Below, piece by piece: positions 37,044 through 51,092 of a DNA stretch of 64,000 nucleotides; within the stretch, counting starts at the first letter, position 1, and each line of letters begins with the position of its first letter. The DNA lies in contig OZ024742.1 of the NCBI GenBank assembly GCA_964016885.1, forward strand, positions 198,462,001 through 198,526,000, in the 5' to 3' direction. The notes below the pieces were generated by a model that saw only the letters and a program-made list of their open reading frames with translations, ran no database searches and was not told where the DNA came from. The DNA is from Eledone cirrhosa (Eukaryota). A program made the position numbers and the translations under genes.

Positions 37044-40000
37044 TATATATACATACATGGAGGCACATGGCTTAGTGGTTAGAACATTGGGCTTGCAATC
37101 GGAAGGTTGTGAGTTCAATTCTCAAACTGGGTGATGTGTTGTTTCCTTGAGCAAGACACTTTATTTCACATTGCTCCAGTTTACTCAGCTGTAGAAATGA
37201 GTTGATAGGACTGGGGTCCCTATCCTTCCACTGCAAAGTGGTCATGGAGGTGCCACGGCAAAAAAGCACCCAACACTCACTGCAAATGAGGTTGGTGTTA
37301 GGAAGGGCATCCAGCTGTAGAAATCAAGCCAGAATAATTTCCCGTCCCACCCTTGCAAGCAGGGAAAAGTGGACGTAAAATGATGATGATGATGATGATA
37401 CATATTCCAACCTATGCAAGCATGGAAAAACAGACATAAAACAGTGATGATAAAATCATCATCATTGTTTTTACATCCACTCTTCCATGCCAAATAGTCA
37501 GTTGACAAGACTCGTACAGATTCTTAAGTCCAAAATATTAAAGAAAATAAATTAGTATTTTAATAAACAAACACCATCTCAACTTCAGATTGTTTTTTTT
37601 TTACCTTTCCATTTACCAAACCAGATAAAACGGAGTCTGCTTCTATGAAACCAAACCATCCCATTATAAAGGGTTCCTATTTAAATCAAGTGGAGGCACG
37701 TGGCCTAGTGATAAGAATGTTGGACTTACGATCATAATGTTGTGGGTTCGATTCCTGGGTTGCGTGTTGTGTTCTTGAGCAAAACACTTCATTTCACGTT
37801 GCTCCAGTACACTCAGATGGAAATGAGTACCAGCAATAGCTGGAGGTTTAACCCTGTGATGGACTGGCGTCCTATCCAGGGGGAAGTCTTGTACTTTCAG
37901 TCGCTTCAGCCATGAAACGAAGATAAGCACCGGCCAAATGGGCCTTCTGGCTTAAGACAGACAGACTTTAGACTTTTTTATTTAAATCAAAATCTTCCAA
38001 CATAATTTTATATAAGAACTATTTGTTAAATTACTAATAATAAAATAATAATTTTAGTAAATCCGTCAAACTTCTTCATCTAATTTTGGACATGAAAAGG
38101 TTAATAATAATTTTAAAAAATAAATATGCGCAAATTCAGAATCAGCAAATTTACCCCATGATTAGAAAATATTTACCAGCTTGAGAACCCCTGAAATAGA
38201 AGGATCAAACTTAATTCCTGGTATTTCATAACTAAAACAACAGATCATCATCATTACCATTTAAAGTCTGTTTTCCAGGCTAGTAAGGGTTGGACAGGTC
38301 ATCAAAGACCAAGTTAGTATTTAATCGGAGCTAATGATCTCCAACAGGACGGAAGATTGCATTTTACTTGCATATATTCTCACACAAAGTGCACAAAGCG
38401 CATTTTCTCATAGCACCAATACTAAGATGGTTGTGATGTCTTTGGTACAGCTGAAGAGTCCTCTTGCAGGTTTTCTATGACCGGATGCCCTTCCTATCAC
38501 CAACCACTTTACAGAGTGTACTGAATGCGTTTGTGTAGAGCTTGTTGTGCACTTGACACAACTAAATCGTTCTCCTAACCCTTCATGTGTATTTTATCAG
38601 GAGGATAACATCAGCGTGAAGAATAAGGCACCTTAACTCTTAACAGCCCGTACCACATAAAACAGTATTAGCAAGAAATTCTTGAAAACTACAAAACACC
38701 ATGACTGCATCAGATTAAAAAATTGTGTTTTTAATGTTGTAAAGATATTATAAACATTTGAACAAACAACCCATATTAGTAAAATATTCTTGAGAAACTA
38801 CTTTAGACATTCTTAAGCACATCACTGACTACATTACATTAAATATTAAAGTCTTTAGTTTACTGCAAATTTTCACAATCATCTTTCCACTAGTAAAGAT
38901 ACTATAAACATTTAGATTAACAAACATTTTTAAAACATATTTTTTGGCTAAATCAATACAGGATGTTAAGAGTTAATTACTCAATACAATTTACTATATG
39001 TAGTAGATCAATGGTCTCCAACCTGAGTTTATATAAACACAAAGTGCTTACTAAAATATTTGAGGGTTTTGTTTTGTGAAAAAAGCAGTCTTCTACAGGT
39101 TTCTCAGTAAAGTTTAACAGTTTTTCATGCAGTTCTAAAGCTTTTTATGAAATGGTATATATTTTTGTATTTGTACATATATTCTTTCTCTTTATCAATA
39201 ATAAGGGTTCTTTATAAGTCTCTCAGTAATATTTGAACTGCGTATCGCGGAAAAAAGGTTGGGCACCACCGATGTAGATAACGAGAGGGACCTTTTTCCT
39301 TAGCATGGTCGTCGTAGCTCACTGTCCTGTTAGAAATAAATACCAAATATCCCTATATCTGCACTATGACTGTCTTTAACAAAAATGGAAGGCCATATTG
39401 GATAAAGTAGTCCTAGATACACTGTCTGAATAAATAAAAGCGGAGATGGTTACGGTTGGAACCGTCATGAACAAAGACCTGGTTAATCATAACTGATCAA
39501 GGGCCAACAACAAACAGTAAGTGTAATTGACGGTGACGGGGCTCCTACGTGGCGATCGCTCGAACTGCTAAAAATAGTAGCCGAATGTCATCTCAAATTA
39601 CATCACATGCATTCGTCTACAAAAAAATGGAAGAACACTAGATAATGTAGTGATTGAAACATACAGACTAAAAAGACGAGAGGGTCACGGTTGAAACATT
39701 TGATCATGTCTGCTATCGATGTTACATAATAAATGTAGTTATTGTATTGAATGCTAGCTAGTATTGGTTTTGACGATAAGTGTTCCAATTGTTCGATGAT
39801 CGGAACGGCCAACTCGCAAAATTAATATGCGAGCGGCTGGTTATTCCACAGACATGAGTACCCGTAACGTAATTATCATGGAAATTTAGCATGACAGTAT
39901 GTGACACGAGTGAACCTTTTAATTACTGGTACATTCTATCTTGTATTATAATGTAAGTGGTTGAGTATTCCAGATACGTTTGCCTTTAACGTATTTCTCA

Positions 40001-40893
40001 GGGAGATTCAGCGTGAAACTGTGTGACAAGGCTGAACCTTTTGAATTACAGGTACAATCGATTCAACAACTTTCAAAACAATTTCCGTTTACCCAATTTT
40101 ACTCTCAAAGCTTGGATCGACCTCAGGCGATGGTACGCGACACTTGCCTGAGGTACCATGTAGTGATTTCGCACCCGAAAATCTCATGATTGTGAATCAT
40201 TCGATCATACTGCGTGGGTTGATAAGGTTTAAAGATTTACTAAAATACACCAAGATGATGAATGAATGCACCAGAGATACACATTTTATTATAATTTCTT
40301 TATTAGTCACAAGAGCTTTGATATATAATACAATAAACATCATAAACATAGGAGTTGCAATATATGGGCTGGACAAACGAAGGTAAATAAAACAAGAGTA
40401 GGGATATTGTAGGATAGACAGCTAAATACGTATAAAAGTATTATAAAACAAGCAGTAAGAAACACAACACATTAAAAACATATATGTTTACCCGCCCACA
40501 CACTAGTTGAGTTAGGACAATCATCTAAATCACCCCAAAATTTTATTTGGTGGGTTCATCAAAAAAAGAACCCATATTTTCATAATAATGGTTTCTAATT
40601 TCGTTACAAGGCTAGCAATTTATAACGATTATAAGACCCGATTACTTGACTGGTATTTTAATAGTTCTTACTAATTTCGGCACAGAGCCAACAATTTCTG
40701 GGGAATGAGAAAAATCGATTACATCGACCCCAGTACGTGGAATGATACTTTAATTGACCCAGGAAGGATGAAAAGCAAAGTTGACATCGGTAGGATTAAA
40801 TGACATAAAATACATAGGGACAGGCACACACGCATATATAGTAATAAAGGAAGACATACATATAGATTTCTAAGTAGGGATAAATTGACTTAC

Positions 40894-41031
40894 CGACAGA
40901 ATAGTATAAAATCCAGGACTGGTCTCCCATTGTTTTAACTGGTGCACAGCAGGTTTGAGAACATCTGCATTTTGGCTGCAAGCATTAGTTAAAGTATGCA
41001 GCACGATAGGGCCCGCATTAGCCAAGTCCAT
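40894..41031 (-). CDS. IPO11: Importin-11 first coding exon (MDLANAGPIVLHTLTNACSQNADVLKPAVHQLKQWETSPGFYTILS); an in-frame upstream ATG at 41052 would add 7 aa
   Basis: 46 codons ending at a gtaagt donor, phase 0. Matches the IPO11 N-terminus MDLNSASTVVLQVLTQATSQDTAVLKPAEEQLKQWETQPGFY. Confidence 0.96.
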
Positions 41032-41474
41032 TTTGACTACAGTGCCACTCATTCAAAAAATATATACCAGCATACAAAGACAACAGCGGCCTCAAGCCCC
41101 TTTTCTCTCACCAACATGATCTTTGCAAACATGCACGAAACCGGTAGATTTTCATATTATTATATTATATAATAATTATATCTCAATATAAACCAGGTAA
41201 CTGTCGCCTCCGTGCCAGTAATTACGATAGGTTTTCTTATTAACAGTAGTATTGTTATTGCATTGTATTGTATTTTGTTTGTAGTTCTTGTGGACGAGAT
41301 ACGTTGTATATTTTTCTTTGGTATGTCTATAATAGCTTTGGTTAGGTTTAGGTAGTTTGACGATAATTTGGGTAGTATGCCTATAGTGGTGTAGGTTTAG
41401 TTTCAGGTCACTTCGTGTTGGTAAGAGGGCCGTATAAAAGATAGATATATATATATATATATATACAATGATAT

Positions 41475-41513
<39 letters not shown>

Positions 41514-41808
41514 ATATATATGAGAGAGAGAGGGGGAGTTGATTATAATAAATCTCTTAAGACACTACAAAATACATTTAATGTCTATATCAAATGTTGT
41601 GGGGAGGAAATATGAAATATTTTTTGGTTAACAAGTTCAAACGAGTTGCATATATAAAAATATACATACGACAATAGGTTTAAAAATATTTATGTAGCAA
41701 AGACACACGAAAGTAAATAATCTTCCTTCGAAGAAATTGGTTTAAGGTTCTTTAAATGAGTGTATATGAGAACTTGCGACTCTCAGAGAATAACTAATAC
41801 ACACACAA

Positions 41809-41855
<47 letters not shown>

Positions 41856-43374
41856 ATATATATATAATTATGTTTAACGATATGTCTTTAACAGTAACAT
41901 GGAGTCATGTGTGATGAAAGAACATACGAACGTTTAACAGTGCCAATTGTCTACAAATCCCACAAAAATATAGTAAAGGCCCTTCTCCGTCTGTCTCAGT
42001 GTACGTCTGTGAGAAAGGAGGATAAATTAAAATAAATGAGTCCGAGTATTTTTTTTTTTTTAATCACATGGTAAATTAAATGAGTAGGCTTGTTATATGC
42101 AATGTCTCAGGACTCATCAAATTAACTTTCAACACAACGTTAGTGTTTGGAGTAAATGGCGGTGCTTGTGATGGTTATTGTAGCTGGGTTTTGTTTTCGT
42201 CCTCAATCCATAGAAATGCACAAGCAGACAAACACGACACAAAACCAGACAATTACCAAAGTAACAGCATGGAATGTTAATAATTTTCATAAATAAATTT
42301 GCCTTCGTTTTTCACCCGCCATTCATTTTTAGTCTAACTAAAAGAAAATAACACATACACACACAACAAAAAACAAGCTTACTTTCTACCGGTTTGCTTT
42401 GATTTCTCACTTTTATACTTATTTTTTGTTTGTTAATTTATATATTTTTTTAACAAACCATCTTCTTAATGGATTTTATCCGAATTTGAAACCGCATTAG
42501 AGGAACACATGGGGCAAGATTTAATACAACTTCCGCTCAGATGTATTTTTAGTGTCGTCAACCGCGAGAGGAGAAAATATTTAGACAACTATTTTACGGA
42601 CCTCTCTCCGAACGACATTTTTGTTGCTTTATTTAATGTTAATAGCAATGTATAGCCAAATATGTTTTATTTTTTATTTTAATAAATAAGAAAAAAGAAA
42701 GATGATATTTACAGCTCACACCTATGCAGGTTTGACTGTCTTCCTACAAGTTTGTATCTCATTTCTCCCGTGTTTTAACAATTTTGTTACTAAACAACCA
42801 CTAGTTCTATATAATACTAAGCTGTTTATTTTTAAGTGTTTATATTTATCTAAAAGCCTTCCGTAATTTTATATAAGATTCTTTATTAAGTTATGTTCCA
42901 AACAACAGCTTAATTCTTGATTATTTTCAAAGTTATTTGAAAATCATAAACAGTGTTTTTCTTTAAAAATATGGTAACAAATGGATTAAGAATAAGAACC
43001 TGTAGTGCACCTGAGGGCTGTACACAATAATTTTTATTGCTTTTTTTTTAATTATTATTTCGACCCCCAGTTCTATCACACTCACGTGTGTGTGTGTTGC
43101 CGTTGTTGTTGTTATGGTTCACCTATGCAATTTTAGTTGTCTTCCTAAAGGGTTGTATTTCATAGGAGCTTTCTCGGGTGTTTTAATGATAGAAGCTCCA
43201 GACCTACCATGTAAAACAATGTGAAATGTGTTATTATTTTAATATGTAAAGAAAATAATTTTTTAATATTGAATTGTTTATAGATTTTCTCAGTAATTCT
43301 TACAGAATGAAAATGCACACATTCTTCTTCACCAACTTGTTCCTGATAGGATTGTGAAGGCAGAGTCTTCAAAC

Positions 43375-44765
43375 ACTACTTCCAGCAGGGCCTATTAGAA
43401 GCAACCATCTCCAATTGATCCAGCTGGATCCCCAAGCAAGATCTGCCTAGCACATGGATGTTATCCAACCATTTTACTCGAGATGTACCCTTGGGTCTCC
43501 TGCCAGTTGGTTTTGCCTGTAAAATGTGTTCAGCAATTCTTTCCTAAGACATTCTAACCACGTGCCCATAGTATCAGAGCTGTGATCTCTCAATTCGGAG
43601 AAGAGGCATCTCTACCTGGAGCAACTCTCTGATCTCTGAGCTACACACTCTATAAAGTAACATTATTTCAAAGAACCTTTGGAGGGACTCCATTTTGATT
43701 GCTTGTATTTGCGATCGTATTTTTTCAGCCATTACCAAAGATTCATGACCATAGGTAAGGGTTGGCACAAATTGAAGATAGCAAGTTTGGCTTTTACACC
43801 TACTTCCCTTCTGATTAGTGAGTAATGAAGCTGGTGCATTACTGCACCAGCTCTTGCAACTCTTGCACTTAATTCAGCCTCCTGCCTTCTATCATTCGTG
43901 AACACGGCCCCAAGATACGTGAACTTCTCCACCTGCTTCAGTAGAACTCCATTCACGTGTAGAGTGCACAGTGCAGGCTTCCTTGAGAGGACAAGTCTCT
44001 CTGTCTTCGCAGTACTGGTTTTTATTCCAGCCATGCAGCACTCAGCAGCAAACCTATCAAGTGCATGTTGGAGATCACCTTCTGACAAGATAAATAATAC
44101 CATGTCGTCTGTAAATTCCAGCCAACTGATCGTACACCAGCTAGTCATGATACTACATCCAAACAGGCTGCACATGTCAATCCTGTTCATGACGAAAATG
44201 AACAGGAGAGATGATAGTACGCACCATTGGCGAAGTCCAATTCCCACATTGAATGGTTTCAATTTAACACCATTCATCTGAAAACAAATACTAAAAGATT
44301 CATAGAGAGACCTCAGGGCAACAAGAAGCTCTCCAACAATCCCATATTCATGCAAAACCTTCAACAACAGATCCCATAGAATGCGATCATATGCCTTTTC
44401 ATGATCTACTAAGCAAGCATACACCTCTCAGCAGTGCTCCCACAATTTCTCAAAGACCTGCCACTGTGTAAATATTTGGTTGGCTGTGCTGTGTCCTAGG
44501 CGAAAACCACCCTGTTCATCAGCTAGCTTGGACTCGACAATTTCCTTACATTTTCTTGCCTGACACTTAGCATAAACCTTAAAGGGGAGACTTAACAAGG
44601 AGATCTCTCTATAATTGAATCAATCTCTCTTGTCTCCCTTTTTGAAAGTTAGGATTATCACTCCCGATTGCCATTGCTTAGGTGCCTTTCCAGAAATCCA
44701 GGCTTCCCGGTACACACACGTCAGCCAGAGAATACCTTCTCTATTTAAGGCTTTTAACATCTAGG
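43375..44765 (-). mobile_element. Degenerate RTE-clade LINE of a second family
   Basis: VDHEKAYDRI, GLRQWCVLSSLLF, FTDDMVL, QVEKFTYLG and PTLTYGHES. Confidence 0.9.
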
Positions 44766-45584
44766 GCCAAAGATGCTGTTGTGATCAGGTTTAGGAGATC
44801 AGCAAAGTATACACTCCTTGCACAGATGTACCTCTTTGAAGAGGAGAACCCCAGATGCATTCTTGATAGCAGGTCTGGAGGAGGACTTATTACAATATTG
44901 GTAGATGGTCTGCCAGAATACTTTATTTGCAGATCTGAAGTCAGATACCAGCTTAACCCCAAAGTCCTCCCATGTCTTAACTTTGGATTCCTTTACTATT
45001 CAATTATTAATTACAAAAATATTTCATCTAAAAATATGAAATCAAAACAAAATAAAATATTATTTCTACACTAATAAATCAGTTGCGCACCACAAGGGGT
45101 GCCGGAACCTCCCTCTAATACCTTTTGAGGCAAGCCAACATGCTTGCAGTATTACTATGAATGACAGTGAGGCTATAGTGCAGGAACAACCAAACAATCA
45201 CATTAGCACACCTCAGTAAGGCAAGCTGCCAATGATGACAAAAACTTCATTGTCAGTGGCCCAGATCCTTCAAACATCTTGTATGCCACAGGCTAGAAAA
45301 ATAATTTGACAATAATTTCCAGTATTTTAGCATTTTATGTTATATTTTACTAAAATACCTTGGTTTGAAATAAAATATTCTGATATAAAATATCTAAATA
45401 TCTTGTTTGCTATTTAACTTTCTAAAGATCTTTTTTTTTTTTTTTTTTGTATGAGATATATTACACTTGAATAATAGGTTCTTTTTCCCTCCCTCTATAA
45501 AGAAAGTGTGATGGACGGAGTGACAGACACGATTCTTATTATAGCATAGATTATACTTCAACAGCCTGCTGCAACTGTTGACCA

Positions 45585-46780
45585 AGGAGATGTAATGCTA
45601 TGAAAGATCAATCTCAGTAGATGAAGTGGTAGAAGTACTGAGCCACTGTGTGAGGGTCAAATCTTTGGGTTTGGAGGGATTACCTTATGAGCTTTACTTC
45701 TACATGCCAGACTTATTCATGGCAATAGATTTGGCAACCTTCTACTGCAACAAACAACAGACTTAGAGCACGCCCAGTCATGTGAACCAGGGAGTGGTGA
45801 CACTATTAAGATAGGGCTCAAACAAGGAGGACATGATAGAAAACTTCAGACCTGTAACACTACTGAACACAGACCTGAAGATTTTGGCAATGGTAGACCT
45901 AGCTGACCCTTGAGATCTATCTATAACAACTTCATGAGATACATCATAGAGTGGGTCAGAAATAGATCTGGCTTTGGTGGGGCATTGGTCAATCTAGAGC
46001 AGTCTAAACAGCGTTGACCATTACTATCTTGAGGCTGTTTTAAGAGTAGCTAGTTTCAGAAGCTGAATTGCAATGTTCTACAGTGGCATCTGTTCGGTAG
46101 TCAAACTAATCAGTCATTTACAAGACTATCTTGCTTCATTCTCCCTACTCTTCTATGTGTTGGCCTTGGAGCCTTTGCTGCAGAGAATGGAAATCATGAG
46201 AGGAATTCCACTTGCACTGTGTTTTATTAGAGCTATGTCTGTGTATGCAGATGATGTCACTGTCATGGTATCAGACATTGCAAATGTCGAGGCAGCTGAG
46301 ACAATACTGGAAGAATACCAACAAATTATAGGAGCGTACATTAATTGAGACAAGTTAGTGGGTTCACAACTGAGGGCATGGAGAGGCAGGTCCATGCTGG
46401 CCACCAGTAATTTCTGTTGCTTGACCAATAGCCTAGTTAAAATGCTTGGAGTCTGGTTTGAACTGGACCTCAAGCTAGACAAGAACTGGTAAAAAGTGAT
46501 GAATAGATTAACTAATCTCACTCCGAATTAGGCAGAGAGAAAGCTGTCATTGAAAGGTAGGGCTAAATTGGCCAATACCTACATCATTTTGGTGGTATAC
46601 TATTGCTTGACTGTTTCAACATGTCGCTACTGACCAGGCTAGAGTGAATGTTCTTATTGTGGAAATCCCTTTGTAAGAAAATTCATCTACTACCAACATC
46701 CACTTGGTGGTGGCCTCAGAATGTCACAATTAAAAAAGTGTAGACACATGCTGTGGCTAATGCAACTGTTATATTGTGTA
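45585..46780 (+). mobile_element. Degenerate L1/Tx1-like LINE RT fragment
   Basis: GLEGLPYELY, NFRPVTLLNTDLKILA, YVLALEPLL, SVYADDVTV and KLSLKGRA remnants. Confidence 0.85.
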
Positions 46781-47559
46781 TTGTGATGACAACAAAAGTG
46801 AAGGCCAACCAGTGTGGGCAAATTTTGTACTTATTATACCAGAGCTCATCTCCCTGATTGAGCTGTTATTAGATGCTCTGGTTCTCTGAAATAAAACCTT
46901 CATTTAAAAGGTTTCCAATTTAAATTAAAATCTTCCAACATAATTTGATATAAGAACTTTACATTAAGTTACTATTTTAGAAATGAAATAATTAATAATT
47001 TTAGTAAATCCCTCAAAATTCTTCATTAATTAAAATAGAGTGTGTTTCATTAGCAATGCAATCATAAAAGGATGAAAGTGTTTATATTTATTTAAAAACT
47101 TTCAATTTTATGTAAGAAGTTTTGTTATGTTCCAAACACTAATGAGCTTTTTATGTATTTTCAAAATGACTCATAAAATCATAGGCAGAGTCTTTCATTA
47201 AAAATTGTAAATCATATTCATTATATAAATTGTTTATATCAGAGATCGTGAACATAGACAGTAAACAGGCTTTCCCTTACTCTCAATTCCTAGGACTTTC
47301 AGATCCAGTCCTCTAACATGGTCTGATACAACATCTGTCAACTCTCCCCATCTGATAGGGAGATCTACCCCCCACTTTGAGGTAGGTGAGAGATATCTTT
47401 TCTTGTGCTATAGCTTACATTATGTAAAATTTCCCCATTTTGGGGCACTTTTTTCATGGTACTCCCCGTTTGGGTTTTTAGAGGTTGGCAGGTCTGTGAT
47501 ACTTTTATTGACATGGGTATCCCAACACATTAGTCCAAACCGCTTTCACCTGCACTCTA

Positions 47560-48030
47560 GCCCCACCCCTTTCCAAATACCTACCACTCCTCTATCATAA
47601 AATCAAGCCCCCTTTCTGTCTTCTCCAATGTAATTCCATCATCCTCTATTTCTTCTCCATCCCTCCCTTCAAGTGCCACTGTAACCTCTTAGTTCACAGC
47701 TCCATCCCCACCACTACCTCCCATCCAGATCTCAACCCTGTTTTCATATCTGTCCAGTCATCATCAGCACTACCTCCTTTACTGGATCTTGTGGCTACAC
47801 CTTTCATACTACGGACTCCTTTAGTTGCATTCCTTCTAACCTTATTTGCTCATTGTGCCCGGCCCATTACATCAGCAAGACAGAGCACTGGCTCACAGGT
47901 CACTTCACCAAGCACCTTTGTGGTATTTACATTACAAGCGATTCTTCCATCTGTCACTTTCAGTCTCCTGGATACTCGACCAGCAACTTAAACAAGTTCA
48001 GAGTCTGTCACCACTATGAGTCTAATCCAG
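47560..48030 (+). mobile_element. Degenerate Penelope-like element, GIY-YIG endonuclease region
   Basis: One frame reads TFHTTDSFSCIPSNLICSLCPAHYISKTEHWLTGHFTKHL...HFQSPGYS, matching the PLE pattern F.C.S.N.IY.I.C..C...YIG.T.R.L..RF.EH. Confidence 0.75.
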
Positions 48031-48280
48031 ATTACGCTATGAGCAACAGTTTCTACTTTTATTTTTTTTAAATAATTTTTTAAGCTTCCCCTTAAAAAAT
48101 TGTTCTTCGTTTTGCCTTATTTTCATTTATTGTCTTGTCCTCACTGTTAATTTTCCAAACTTTATCATTAATAATTTGTGTTGAATATGTTATCTCTTCT
48201 TCCCCCTTAATTTATATATATATGTTAAATGATGATGATGATATATATATATAAATTGTCTGAAATCCCTTTAGACATGT

Positions 48281-48385
48281 TGGCTATATCTTCTCTACAC
48301 CTGTTGACAAGCCATGAGAAGGTATGATACCAACACAGTATGGCGAAACATTCTCTTTTTTGAGAATGTCCAGGTGTTATAGTTA
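48281..48385 (+). ncRNA. Full-length type I hammerhead ribozyme candidate with U3-A8 core and predicted stem I/loop II pseudoknot
   Basis: UGGCUAUA-[UCUUCUCU]-ACACCUG-UUGACAA-GCCAU-[GAGAAGG...]-AUGGC-GAAA-CAUUCUC-U6-GAGAAUG-UC-CAGGUGU-UAUAGUUA; all three stems pair. Confidence 0.82.
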
Positions 48386-48613
48386 TAAAGGTGGCTTTTT
48401 TACATTTTAATTTTACCATTTGATTTGACTTTTCGCAGATCGTATATTCTTCACTATAGTGGTTCTACACCCCTTGTAACTGAAAACATACCACTTTTTG
48501 TGTTTTCTTCTCTATATACTGTATTATGAAGAGCCTGGAAATGTTTCCTCAAAGCTCATAAAATTACAGGGGATTAATGCGAGTCTATCTTCGTTTTTTC
48601 ATTTGATATATAT

Positions 48614-48940
48614 ATCATCATCACCGTTTTACATCCGTTCTTCCACGCTAGCATGGGTTAGACGGGTTGTCCTGTTGTGGGCAGTGTCTGGTCGGCTGAC
48701 CATGCCTTGCTCATACAGGAACTGATCTGGCTTGATTTCTACAGCTGGATGCCCTTCCTAACACCAACCACATTTACAGTGAGTGATGGGTGCTTTTTCG
48801 TGGTGCCTACACGTCCACTTTACAGTGTGGGCTGGGTGCTTTTTTGCCGTGGCACCTCCACGACCACCTTGCGGTGGGGGGTGTGGGGGCATATTGTTTA
48901 TATGCTTCAGCTTGTACCCATGGGAGGTCGGGTACTCTGT
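48614..48940 (-). mobile_element. RTE 3'-UTR fragment with (CAT)n tail
   Basis: Near-identical to 26778-27115. Confidence 0.85.
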
Positions 48941-50862
48941 ATATATATATATATATATAAATTACACAATTACAATATTGAGAAAGTTATTCATATAACT
49001 AAATCTCTCAAAATTCTTGATTATTTTCAAAATTATTTGAAAATCATATGTAATGAGTTATTTCATTAGAAATATGGCAACAAAATAGTGAAGTATGTGT
49101 AATATAGGTGTAATATGGTGTTTTAGCTTATGATATCAAGAAAATATATCTTGTTAATGTAATTACTCACTACAATATTTATATTGGTGTTAATTTAAAA
49201 CCAGTTATGGCTTCCTTAACCTTTCTGTACCTGTAGATGACTTTGAATTTAATACTGAGCAGTTTTTGCCAGTAAGTATATTTTTGTCTTTATTTAGATT
49301 ATTAGCCATTTTAATACCATAGCTGCTGTCACTGTTTCTGTTTATATGATACAAAACTTCATGATTTAATCCATTAGCATTTAAACCAGTTGTATCTGGC
49401 CAGAATTCACTCACCTCCTCCTGTTCAAACCGGTTGTAACCAGTAACTCATACTGATGTTAAGACATTGTTCTCAAAATAAATAATATCAAAATCTCATA
49501 GATTCGATATTATGTGAGGTAAACTCATTACAATGAAGATATAGTAATATAGTAATATTGGGGTTGATTTAAAACCAGTTATGTTTTCCTTAACCTTACC
49601 ATATCTGTAGACAACTTTGAATTTAATACTGAGCAGTTTTTGCCAGGGTCTTTCATTAGAAATATTGTAACAAAAGGGTTTAAAATAAAAGACAAAACAA
49701 AAAAGATGAAATGATTTTCATGTTTTTTTTTGGTTCTTTATTGTCTGAAGGAAGCATCAAGAATTTATTTTAACAGACATTAGACCTGCATCAGTGCTAA
49801 TAGAATCACAGATGGTAGCAACAACAGGGGTACATGTCTATGTTGGTGGATGGAAGATGGTGGAAGGGGGATGGTGGTAGATGGATGGTGGAGGGTGGAT
49901 AGTGAAGAATGAATGGTGGATGGTGGAGGATGAATGGTGGAGGAAAATGAAGTAATCAGAGGTGGCTAGGTGTTTTTCTTTTTCTCTTCATAATATCTTT
50001 TAAAAGTATGAGTGGTCACGAGCCTGAGTGAAGTATGAATACATATATATATACATATGTATATATATATACATACATATATATATATATATATGTACAT
50101 GTGTATACATATATATATACACATACATATATATGTCTATATATACACATACATATATGTGTATATATATACACATACATATATATGTATATATATACAC
50201 ATACCTATATATGTATATATATATACACACATACATATATATATATGTATATATATACACACATACATATATATATATGTATATATATACACATACATAT
50301 ATATATATATACACATACATATATATGTATATATGTATACACATACCTATATATGTATATTTATATATACACATTCCTATATATGTAGATATATATACAC
50401 ATGCCTATATCTGTATATATATATACATATACCAATATATGTATATATATATACACATACCTATATATGTATATATATATATACACATACCTATATATGT
50501 ATATATATATACACATACCTATATATGTATATATATATATATACACATACCTATATATGTATATATATATACACATACCTATATATGTATATATATATAT
50601 ACACATACCTATATATGTATATATATATACACATACCTATATATGTATATATATATACACATACCTATATATGTATATATATATATATACACATACCTAT
50701 ATATGTATATATATATACACATACCTATATATGTATATATATATACACATACCTATATATGTATATATATATATACACATACCTATATATACACATACCT
50801 ATATATGTATATATATATACACATACCTATATATGTATATGTACATATATATACACACACAT

Positions 50863-50896
<34 letters not shown>

Positions 50897-50912
50897 ATAC
50901 ATACATACATAC

Positions 50913-50981
<69 letters not shown>

Positions 50982-51044
50982 CATGTGTATATATATATAT
51001 ATATTTATTTATACACACATATACATACATACATATTATTACTA

Positions 51045-51092
<48 letters not shown>

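Noticed and set aside
42085-42122. Minus-strand uugaugaguccugagac resembling a hammerhead start
   Set aside because: No GAAA, stem III or stem I partner.
41053-50000. DIMT1 head-to-head with IPO11, as recalled for human
   Set aside because: No DIMT1-like peptide (e.g. GQHILKNP, EVGPGTG) found on the plus strand by eye.
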